A DNA stretch of 36,391 nucleotides, taken from contig CAYVLA010000022.1 of NCBI GenBank assembly GCA_964452145.1, positions 1-36,391 on the forward strand, in the 5' to 3' direction. Position numbers and translations under genes: made by a program. Source of the stretch: Candidatus Hadarchaeota archaeon. GTDB lineage: Archaea > CAYQAE01 > CAYVLA01. The notes under the pieces were generated by a model, which saw only the letters and a list, made by a program, of their open reading frames with translations, was not told where the DNA came from and did not search any database. This document shows, in pieces, positions 1 through 7,739 of the stretch. Numbering within the stretch: the stretch's first letter is position 1; each line of letters opens with the position of its first letter.

Positions 1-122
1 GCGACCCCCCCGGTGCGTGAAGCGCGAAAGATATCTGTTTCTTTCGGGGTCGGACACATGTCGTGTCGACTAGAGCCAATCTTTTTCTGTCCGCACGGCC
101 CCGGATTGGCTCGGGCACGAAG

Positions 123-1355
123 ATGGAGAAGCTCCCATGCATCCTTGCCTTGGTCGGGGTCTTGGTCCTCCCCGGCGCTCTCGGCGAGCTGCAGCCGAAG
201 GTCGACCCCGGCACGGGTAGGATCAGGATCATTCATTTCGGGGCGGGCGGCTTTCCCTCCCGCGTGTACCCCTTCGATCCGATGCTGAAGTTCTCCTGGG
301 TGCCGGCATACATGTTCGGGATGGGAAGGCCGGAGGTCCAGAGAAGCCTGAGGATCTACATGCCCAGATCCTACTCCGTTCTGGCGTCCAATGACCTGAT
401 GGTCTTCGATGATACCTGCTCGTCCAACTACCGGGACGTCTGGTTGTTCTGGTTCAGGGACGGGGTGCTCAAGGACAGCCTGGGCCTGATCATGACAGCC
501 GGGGGAGAGAGCTTCGGGGGCGTGGAGGGCTACGGAATGGGGTGGATCGGGACTCCCCTCGAGGACTTGATCCCAGTCGAGATGCACCATCAGATGACCT
601 GGGCGCTGACCCACCTTCCCAATTACAGCCTCCTCTGGGAGATCTCCGACGGCGATCACGTTCTCACAAAGGCTCTTCCGTATGGGCGAGCCCCCGTGCT
701 GGGACCACAGAACTTCGTCACCGAGAAGCTGGGGACCCATGTGCTGGCGCTCGCCAGGGACGTGCCTGGACGATCGGAACGGTGGCCGGTCTGGGCCCAC
801 GCCGATGTAGAGAATTCTAGAACGATGGCCTTCACCGCCTACATGTGGGAGAAACGTCACGGACTCCAGAGCTTCGACCTCTGGGAATATTTCCTGGACC
901 ATGTCTGCAACATGGCCTACTACACCTGTCGTCTGAGCATACCCGACGATGTTGAGCTGGTGCACAGGATCCGGGACGCGTTCAGGGAGTATGGAACCCG
1001 GAAGATCTTCGCCTACTCCCTCATCGAGTTCATTCAGAGGTTTGGGGCCAACACCCGGGGTCTGGAGAGCAGGATCGAAGAGGCCGATCAGGTCCACATG
1101 GAGGCGAGCGACCTCTACCTCACACAGGAGTACCAGGCCTCACACGAATCCATTCAGCTGGCCATCTCACAGCTCAAGGGAATAGCGCAGGATTCCACGC
1201 AGCTGAAGAATAGGGCTCTGCTGTGGGTCTACGTGATCGAGTACCTGGTCGTTTCGGGAACCTCGATGCTCACCGGCTTTGCTCTCTGGATGCTGATGAT
1301 TCGCAGGAGGCTCTACCGGGACGTAGCGGTCACCCGATCCAGCAGGCAGGCATAG
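123..1355 (+). CDS. Secreted, C-terminally anchored GATase1-like (DUF1355-like) protein, paralog P1
   Basis: ATG at 123 gives the signal peptide MEKLPCILALVGVLVLPGALG. Motifs RIYMPRSY, GLIMTAGGESFGG and LIPVE, a helical stalk, and the tail LKNRALLWVY-TM-LMIRRRLYRDVAVTR are shared with three other genes in the window. Confidence 0.8.
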   Translation: MEKLPCILALVGVLVLPGALGELQPKVDPGTGRIRIIHFGAGGFPSRVYPFDPMLKFSWVPAYMFGMGRPEVQRSLRIYMPRSYSVLASNDLMVFDDTCSSNYRDVWLFWFRDGVLKDSLGLIMTAGGESFGGVEGYGMGWIGTPLEDLIPVEMHHQMTWALTHLPNYSLLWEISDGDHVLTKALPYGRAPVLGPQNFVTEKLGTHVLALARDVPGRSERWPVWAHADVENSRTMAFTAYMWEKRHGLQSFDLWEYFLDHVCNMAYYTCRLSIPDDVELVHRIRDAFREYGTRKIFAYSLIEFIQRFGANTRGLESRIEEADQVHMEASDLYLTQEYQASHESIQLAISQLKGIAQDSTQLKNRALLWVYVIEYLVVSGTSMLTGFALWMLMIRRRLYRDVAVTRSSRQA

Positions 1356-1358
1356 ACC

Positions 1359-2150
1359 ATGCCGATACGGGAAATCCTTGGCATCGTCGGGATCTCCCTG
1401 ACGTTGGGGATGCTGGCCGTTGGTCTGATCGGCGTTGGCACGAACAGGGAAGACGTCAAGCTGGTCTCCGCAACGGTGCCGGACCTCATCCTCCGATCGG
1501 TCGGTGCAAGGCCGGTTTTGTCGGTGGGTTTGCTCTGCGGACGCGGGATGGAGGAGTTGAGGTTGCGCTTCGCGACGCTATCCGAGGCCGATCCTGCCAC
1601 TTGGTATGAGGCACAGACCCGCCGGGTCCGAGAGGAGGACCTGGCTACGATGCCCACCGGTCTGACTCCGCTGGATGTCTGGCTGAGACATGCGGAGGGC
1701 TTAGGCCATACCATCGCTGCAGAGAGGGCTGAGGCGTTGATAAACGACACTGTCTACCACATATACCTGTACGACTTCAGGGATCTGTCCGGCAGCGCTC
1801 CCTGCATGAACGTTTTCGCCCTCGCCTTCAACAATGGGAACCTGACCAAGGCCTATTGGGGATATGGTGACTTCTTCATCGGCCGCGAAGCCACCGTGAT
1901 ATCTCTGATGCTGGAGTGCGGCAGGGGCGGCGAGGTCTACTCCACCAATCCGAAGGGCGAGGAGAGATTTGTGGGTGAACTGCCGGCGAAGGGCCAGTTC
2001 GCGCTCAAACACCTGCTGCGGGATGATCAGGTCTTCGTCACAATGGCTCTGGAGGGATATCAGGTGCCCCTACGCAAGAGCTGGCTATGGGCCTGCGAGG
2101 CCAACGTTGACGGTTCGACGACAACGCTGTGGGTCTTCTCCATTCTATGA
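1359..2150 (+). CDS. Hypothetical N-terminally anchored or secreted protein, partner A1 (paralog of 16774-17613)
   Basis: ATG lies 3 nt after the P1 stop. The N-terminus is hydrophobic. Motifs LLCGR..LRLRF, YDF and GNL..AYWGYGDFF match the gene downstream of P3. Confidence 0.8.
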   Translation: MPIREILGIVGISLTLGMLAVGLIGVGTNREDVKLVSATVPDLILRSVGARPVLSVGLLCGRGMEELRLRFATLSEADPATWYEAQTRRVREEDLATMPTGLTPLDVWLRHAEGLGHTIAAERAEALINDTVYHIYLYDFRDLSGSAPCMNVFALAFNNGNLTKAYWGYGDFFIGREATVISLMLECGRGGEVYSTNPKGEERFVGELPAKGQFALKHLLRDDQVFVTMALEGYQVPLRKSWLWACEANVDGSTTTLWVFSIL

Positions 2151-2233
2151 GTCAACGTCCCCATGTCAACGAGGCATTGAGATGGAAGGAGATTTATCTT
2201 GAAGGCGGCATACCTTTCTTGGCAGGGTTGGGA

Positions 2234-2545
2234 TTGCCGAGCGAAGACGAGGGAGCACCCGGTCGCTGCCCCTATTGCGGGCGCCAGATCAAGGAGGATG
2301 ACATGTTCTGCTCGGATGAGTGTGAGCGCAACTGGATCGGCAGGGAGGTGGCCAAGGCCGAGAGGGAGGGCATCCTTTTCTGTCCGAACTGTGGCTCGAC
2401 CAGGATGGGCCTGGCCCTCCCCGGATTGATAAGCGCCTGGGAATGCAAGGACTGCGGATACCATGGCGGCCTTGCAGTGAAGGACGGCAGGATGAGGACC
2501 GCTGTTCGCAAGGGGTACGAGGGCACCCGTTCGGACAAGGACTAA
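2234..2545 (+). CDS. Small double zinc-ribbon protein (DUF2116-like CxxC..CSxxC plus a second CxxC..CxxC)
   Basis: Contains CPYCGRQI...FCSDEC and CPNCGS...WECKDCGY. TTG start at 2234 was chosen downstream of TATA-like TTTATC (~2193); ATG 2147 is an alternative. Confidence 0.75.
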   Translation: MPSEDEGAPGRCPYCGRQIKEDDMFCSDECERNWIGREVAKAEREGILFCPNCGSTRMGLALPGLISAWECKDCGYHGGLAVKDGRMRTAVRKGYEGTRSDKD

Positions 2546-2748
2546 GACCCTGGGTCGACAGCGTCTATCTCCAGCGGACATGCAAGAGCCGCAGCAAGGC
2601 ATCCGGAGGGACCTTCCCCGTCGATGCCCAGGACATGCCGTCTCAACCTGTGGGAAACGTGACGGTGAGGCAACCCATCGGCACTCCCACCTTGGGATCT
2701 TCGGAAAGGCTCAGAAGCGGGCTGATCGGGTGCCACAGCCAGGGTGGG

Positions 2749-3141
2749 CTACTCGATTCTGATATCCCTGTATCTGGCCTTGATCCTCTCCTCATCCAAC
2801 CACATGATGACGAAGATTAGTAGAATGCCGAGGCCAGCGAACACGGGAAGCAGGTATACCAGGACACCGGGCCAGACGAGATAGACCAGAAGGGCCGCGA
2901 TGGCGGATCCGATGGCGAATACTGTGAAGGCCTTGGCCGCGTCCCTCATGCTCGCATCCGAACGCGCTCGGTCTCGGGCCTTTTCCTCCTGAGAGCGCGC
3001 GGGCAGGGTCAGACCCCGCTGCCGAGCCTCGAACTCGGTCATCGCCGGCTTCCTTCCAACCACGATCCCCAGTGCAGTGAGAACCACTATGAACAGGAAA
3101 AGCCCAACCAGAATCAGCACCTCGATGTCCAGCAACAACAT
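2749..3141 (-). CDS. Hypothetical integral membrane protein (about 3 TM)
   Basis: From ATG 3141 (MLLLDIEVLILVGLFLFIVVL...) there are three hydrophobic segments, with a charged loop between the first and second. Confidence 0.75.
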   Translation of the reverse strand: MLLLDIEVLILVGLFLFIVVLTALGIVVGRKPAMTEFEARQRGLTLPARSQEEKARDRARSDASMRDAAKAFTVFAIGSAIAALLVYLVWPGVLVYLLPVFAGLGILLIFVIMWLDEERIKARYRDIRIE

Positions 3142-3281
3142 CCCCGCAGCGCAAAGAGGTAGCAGATATGACATATAGCTCTTGCCCCGGATGCCCGGAT
3201 GGCCTACGCTATGATGGTCTGTGGTCCACGACCCCAATCGCGGCGCGGCTCTCATCCAGGAACGGGACCGGTTCGGTCGCC

Positions 3282-4781
3282 TCAGGCGCGTTGGATCCAT
3301 ATGGGGCTTGACCACGCCGTTATGCCGGCATAGAGGCTTGGGTAACGAACCCTGACGTAGTAGTAGAAGAAGGGGGCACGATTCATCGGGGCGTCTTTGA
3401 TCCAGAGATCATTTGCGTTCGTCTCATCGACATAGGTGCTGATCGTGTGGGCTTCGTCGACCGAGAGATTGGCGATGACCTGGTTATTGCGGATCAGCTC
3501 CATGGTGGCGGGAAAGATGCTGGTGCACAGCTCGATCACGATCCTTCGAGGAGGCACCTCATCTGCTTGGGCGATCAGAGTCTGGCCCATGCCGGCCGAG
3601 TCCACGGACAGGTCAAGGATGGGCCTTGTGGATGTTGTGGCATAGCACCGTCGTGCCGTCAGGGAGTCGAAGAGGGCCTGTCTCGAAAGCTCCGGGGCGT
3701 AGACGGCCGCCAGGCCCTGATTCACCATCTTGTTGGCAGGGTGGTGATACGGGCGGGGCAGGATCGAGCAGGGAGTCCCCGGCATCGTGAAGTGGTTATC
3801 GCTGGAACCGATGACCCCATATCTGTAGCCCATTCTGAGCGCGTCTTGGAGGTATGCTCTTCTGGAGGTCTTGCCGCCCTTCAGGCAGAAGCCATCGTTT
3901 TCCGCCTCGGAGCATCCCCACATGGAGAACACCTCAAACACCGGCTCCCTGTCCAAGCCATAGTATGGCAGTTCGAAATCTCTGTACTTCGCGGCCCTTC
4001 CGGTGTGGTGGGGAATGGTCGTGTAGGGCTTGCCCCGTTCATCCAGCCAGCGCCAGAGTACATCGAGACCCACCTTTGGCGAGATGCCCTTCATGTCCTC
4101 TCTGTCCAGCCAGAAGTACTCAGCTTCGTCTCCTAGGTAGTAGACGTTGATGTCCCCTCCGTGGTCCTTTGAATGCGAGGATTCGAAGCCCAGAAAGGAG
4201 ACGAATTCTCCGGGCCGGTTGTATGCCCGGGCTAGATCGACGGTCCTCGACCACCTCCCCGCATCGAGGCCCCGTAGATGATCGGTTACCGCCGCGAAGT
4301 CGAGATGGGCAACTTCGCTGGCATACCAGTAGCCGAACTCGGGGTCCTTGGCGCAGTCCGCGTTACAGTTGCCTAGGACCGAGTGGAAATGGATGTCGCC
4401 CCAGAAAAGCCCATCTTTCGGATTTGGGACGGCCTTGACCGGATTGCTCCTGGGCGGTTTGCTCGGCGAGCCCTCAACATCTCCTTCAATGTAGTACACG
4501 CCAGCCTGCTTGCAGGCAAGGTCTGGGACGACGACCCGACCGTGATCATCGGGCCGGAAGATGACCTCAGATGGGGCATCGAGTCCGGTTCCGGAGGGTC
4601 GCAGGGCGACCTTGCCGACGAAGCTCTCATCAGGCATGCCCGATACGTTCATCATGCAGACCTTGAGTCGGAATCTATCGTTGACTCGGACTATCGAGGG
4701 CAGCGTCATGAGGAGGATCCGGGACTGGCCCGCGATCTTCTCCCTCTCCCGGGGGAATATCTCAAGATAGGAACGCAACAT
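3282..4781 (-). CDS. PHP-fold metallohydrolase (DUF3604 / CehA-McbA-like) with N-terminal Ig-like segment
   Basis: Motifs WGDIHFHS, AAVTDH, PHHTG, EVFS.WG, GSSDNH and AWSSPIW. Start ATG 4781 (or GTG 4787) follows AGGAG. The longer ORF-track extension overlaps another gene. Confidence 0.85.
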   Translation of the reverse strand: MLRSYLEIFPREREKIAGQSRILLMTLPSIVRVNDRFRLKVCMMNVSGMPDESFVGKVALRPSGTGLDAPSEVIFRPDDHGRVVVPDLACKQAGVYYIEGDVEGSPSKPPRSNPVKAVPNPKDGLFWGDIHFHSVLGNCNADCAKDPEFGYWYASEVAHLDFAAVTDHLRGLDAGRWSRTVDLARAYNRPGEFVSFLGFESSHSKDHGGDINVYYLGDEAEYFWLDREDMKGISPKVGLDVLWRWLDERGKPYTTIPHHTGRAAKYRDFELPYYGLDREPVFEVFSMWGCSEAENDGFCLKGGKTSRRAYLQDALRMGYRYGVIGSSDNHFTMPGTPCSILPRPYHHPANKMVNQGLAAVYAPELSRQALFDSLTARRCYATTSTRPILDLSVDSAGMGQTLIAQADEVPPRRIVIELCTSIFPATMELIRNNQVIANLSVDEAHTISTYVDETNANDLWIKDAPMNRAPFFYYYVRVRYPSLYAGITAWSSPIWIQRA

Positions 4782-4798
4782 GCTCACCGCGCGGACTC

Positions 4799-5089
4799 CT
4801 AGATCGACGGAATGCGTATCTTCCTTGCCTTGATCTTTCTGTTTGGTATCATGACGGATAGGTCCCTGTCGGTGGTCGTGTAGAGGACGAGACCGTCGAT
4901 CGATAGGGCGTATGCCGTCTTCCTCTTTATGGTCCCGACCTCTCCGTGAACGCAGATCCGGTGTCTCTGCTCGGATGCAATGGTGAGGAATGCGTCCTCC
5001 TCCATCTCGACCAGTAGGCCTCCGATCAGAGCCTTCCTTGCCTCTTGAGCGGCCGCTGCAGGGGCAGCTGCTCCGCCAGCATATGCCAT
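4799..5089 (-). CDS. Small hypothetical protein (96 aa) with Ala-rich N-terminus
   Basis: ATG 5089 MAYAGGAAAPAAAAQEARKALIGGLLVEMEEDAFL... The sequence is protein-like and its TAG stop overlaps the SD of the downstream gene. Confidence 0.7.
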   Translation of the reverse strand: MAYAGGAAAPAAAAQEARKALIGGLLVEMEEDAFLTIASEQRHRICVHGEVGTIKRKTAYALSIDGLVLYTTTDRDLSVMIPNRKIKARKIRIPSI

Positions 5090-5156
5090 TTGACAAAACC
5101 TCGCAGGCTCGTTGTGGGATGGGGTTGAATAATGGGATCGCTGAGCCCAACCCGAG

Positions 5157-5198
5157 ATGAGGTCAGTCCGGTCCGTTGAAATGAGGTCGGATGAGGTC
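5157..5198. repeat. Three copies of ATGAGGTC in an intergenic region
   Basis: Exact copies at 5157-5164, 5181-5188 and 5191-5198. Confidence 0.7.
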
Positions 5199-5251
5199 CC
5201 CGACAAATGCAGCCCTGAGACTCGTTAACGCCGAAAGGCGAGGATCCGTCG

Positions 5252-6634
5252 CTAGTGCGTCCCCAGGTAGCGATGAAGGGCGTCCCGGAGATCCCGGCAC
5301 GTGTTCGGCTCCGCGCTCGAAAGGTTCACCAGCTCCTGTGGATCCTGGGCTAGATCGTATAGCTCGGGTCGATCGTCGTCGTTCTCGATGAACTTGAACC
5401 GACCGTCGTAGATCATTCGGGATCGGGTCAGCTCGCTGACTTGGAACTTGCGGTGCACGTCGGAGCCTCCACTCAGCATTGGGAGAAGTGAGCGGCTCTG
5501 CATGCCGGGCTGCACATCGACCCCGGCGATCTCCAACATCGTGGGTGCAAGGTCGGAGAGCTGGACGAGGGCCTTGGTCTCTCCTCTTGTCCTCACAACG
5601 GGGCCGGCGATGATCAAGGGGATCCGAAGCGACTGTTCATAGTAGAGGGACTTCTGAAACATGCCGTGGTCACCCATCATCTCGCCGTGGTCGGAGGTGT
5701 ATATGATGACGGTGTCTTCCAGCGATCCCCGTGCGCGAAGAATCTCGACGAACCTTCCGACGAAGTCGTCGATAAGGGTGATCATTCCCGCATAGTGGGC
5801 CATGGCGCTTGACAGCCTCTCCTCAGTTAGGCCAGAGCTATGATTCTCGCGTCTCCGAATCTGGTTGGCGGGTTTGTCGAGGGAGGTGTCCTGGATCACG
5901 TCCGAGGCAGGCATATCCTCGGGGATGTACCTCCGGGAATACTCAGCAGGAGCATCCCAGGGGTCATGAGGCCCCACGAAGCTAACAAAGTAGTGCCAAG
6001 GACTCTCTTGCTCCACGGTTTGAAGGAACTGGCAAGCCGACTGACCGATGTAATGGTCGTGGTAGCAATCCAGAGGCAGCACAGAGTCTCCACTGTGCCA
6101 CGCAGGGCTTCTTCTGGCGTAGTCATCGCGGAAGATGCGGGCCAGATCCCTCTCGACCAGCAGACGGGTATAGGGGCAGACGGCCTGCGTAGCATAGCGG
6201 GCGGCGCTACACTTGCCCTCGGTCTCTTTGGGATCCGTGAAGCCGAGGTGGTACATCAGTGGTCGGTCGCCATGTATCCCCTCCCAGTGGTCCCGCTTGT
6301 GGAGATCGGTCTTCCCAATGCAGCCGACGCGGTAGCCAGCGGCCCTCAACGCCTGATAGTACGTGGGGACATCGAGGGGGTAGAGATCCCGATTGGACAG
6401 CACGCCCACTTCGCTACAAGGCAGCCCGCTTGCGAGGGCTGATCGGCTCGGTGCGCATACGGGGGAATCGCAGGATGCGTTGGCGAAGCGAACTCCCTCC
6501 CTTGCCAGCCGATCGATATTGGGGGTCCTGATCCAGTGTGCACCAGCGCAGCCCAGCCAATCCGCCCTGTGCTGGTCGGACATTACCAGAAGGATGTTGG
6601 GGCCGTCGGCCCGTACGATGTCCTGCATGCCCAA
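5252..6634 (-). CDS. Formylglycine-dependent sulfatase (S1 family, choline-sulfatase-like)
   Basis: PNILLVMSDQHR, Cys-type signature CAPSRSALASG, GKTD, GPHDP, TSDHGEM.GDH, ELYDL..DP.E. No signal peptide. Confidence 0.92.
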   Translation of the reverse strand: MGMQDIVRADGPNILLVMSDQHRADWLGCAGAHWIRTPNIDRLAREGVRFANASCDSPVCAPSRSALASGLPCSEVGVLSNRDLYPLDVPTYYQALRAAGYRVGCIGKTDLHKRDHWEGIHGDRPLMYHLGFTDPKETEGKCSAARYATQAVCPYTRLLVERDLARIFRDDYARRSPAWHSGDSVLPLDCYHDHYIGQSACQFLQTVEQESPWHYFVSFVGPHDPWDAPAEYSRRYIPEDMPASDVIQDTSLDKPANQIRRRENHSSGLTEERLSSAMAHYAGMITLIDDFVGRFVEILRARGSLEDTVIIYTSDHGEMMGDHGMFQKSLYYEQSLRIPLIIAGPVVRTRGETKALVQLSDLAPTMLEIAGVDVQPGMQSRSLLPMLSGGSDVHRKFQVSELTRSRMIYDGRFKFIENDDDRPELYDLAQDPQELVNLSSAEPNTCRDLRDALHRYLGTH

Positions 6635-6689
6635 GGATGCTCACCCATATGCGGGGACCCGGTATCGGTCACGATATAAATCGTCCATC

Positions 6690-6725
6690 GGACAAACACA
6701 GATACCTGGACAAACACAGATACCT
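6690..6725. repeat. Perfect 18-bp tandem duplication GGACAAACACAGATACCT x2
   Basis: Copies at 6690-6707 and 6708-6725, between the divergent sulfatase and epimerase genes and just after GATATAAA (6673-6680). Confidence 0.95.
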
Positions 6726-6770
6726 ACCCCGGAAAGCTTTTTCTCGGTGCGGCCGCCACGGCCCGGCGGG

Positions 6771-7709
6771 ATGAAGATGAACGTCATAGTGATCGGCGGT
6801 ACACGGTTTCTGGGAAGGTCGATCGTGAACGGGCTTCTGAGGCGGGGGCATCTGGTTACGGTGGTCCACAGGGGCAGGACGGCCTTCGAGGAAGAGAGAA
6901 TGAAAGAGGTCCTGCTGGACAAGAACGATCACAGGGCCTTGGGTGCCTTTCTTGCCGGGGCCAAGTGCGACGCCGTTATCGACACCATCCTGAGCGCCGA
7001 TGATCTCAAGTCCATCATCCCAATCCTGAAAGGGAAGATCGAACACTTCGTCCACTGTGGCTCGACCGGGGTGTACGCTCCGATGAAGAGAATCCCTGCG
7101 TGGGAGGACGACCCGTGCAACCCGCCGCCCGAGCTGGGTGGTTACGGATACAAACTCGACCAGGACGTCGTGTTGATGACTGCATACGCGGAGTTCGGCT
7201 TTCCGGCTACGGTGCTCCGCCCCACAAACATCTATGGTCCGGGAGACGTCCCCCTTGACATATGGGGGGCTCGCGACCCCGGGTTCTTCAGACGCTTGGC
7301 TCGCGGAGGTGACATCACCGTTCCTAACGACGGGAGGGCCCTGCTCCAACCTGGCTATGTGGAGGAACTGGGCGACGCTTTCTCTCTGCCCTTGCGCAAC
7401 GAAGGGGTGATTGGACAGATCTACAATATCTCAAGTCGAAGATGTGTGACGCTGAACGAGTATCTCTCCATCATGATGGACATACTCGGGTCCGGGTCAA
7501 AGGTGTCGCACATGCCTATGGACGAGCTGATGGCCACCTATCCAGGCAAATTCAGGCATCCGGCCGGTCTGAAGTTTGTCTGCGAGCATATGTGCGTGGA
7601 TATCCACAAGGCAATGAGCCAGCTGGGCTTTGCGCCCGAGATCTCCCTAGAGGAGGGTCTGCGCCGCAATCTTGAGTGGATGAAACGGGAAGGCATGCTG
7701 TCTGTCTGA
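6771..7709 (+). CDS. NAD-dependent epimerase/dehydratase (extended/atypical SDR)
   Basis: VIGGTRFLG Rossmann motif, STGVY, catalytic YGYK, LRPTNIYGPG. ATG at 6771 or 6777. Confidence 0.9.
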   Translation: MKMNVIVIGGTRFLGRSIVNGLLRRGHLVTVVHRGRTAFEEERMKEVLLDKNDHRALGAFLAGAKCDAVIDTILSADDLKSIIPILKGKIEHFVHCGSTGVYAPMKRIPAWEDDPCNPPPELGGYGYKLDQDVVLMTAYAEFGFPATVLRPTNIYGPGDVPLDIWGARDPGFFRRLARGGDITVPNDGRALLQPGYVEELGDAFSLPLRNEGVIGQIYNISSRRCVTLNEYLSIMMDILGSGSKVSHMPMDELMATYPGKFRHPAGLKFVCEHMCVDIHKAMSQLGFAPEISLEEGLRRNLEWMKREGMLSV

Positions 7710-7739
7710 TCTACGTTGCCATTTCTTGGGGGCGTGGGC

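Noticed and set aside
4782..5150. N-terminal extension of the 622-aa ORF
   Set aside because: Not protein-like and overlaps a better 96-aa gene in another frame.
6690..6725. CRISPR-like repeat
   Set aside because: Only two abutting 18-bp copies, with no spacers and no cas genes.
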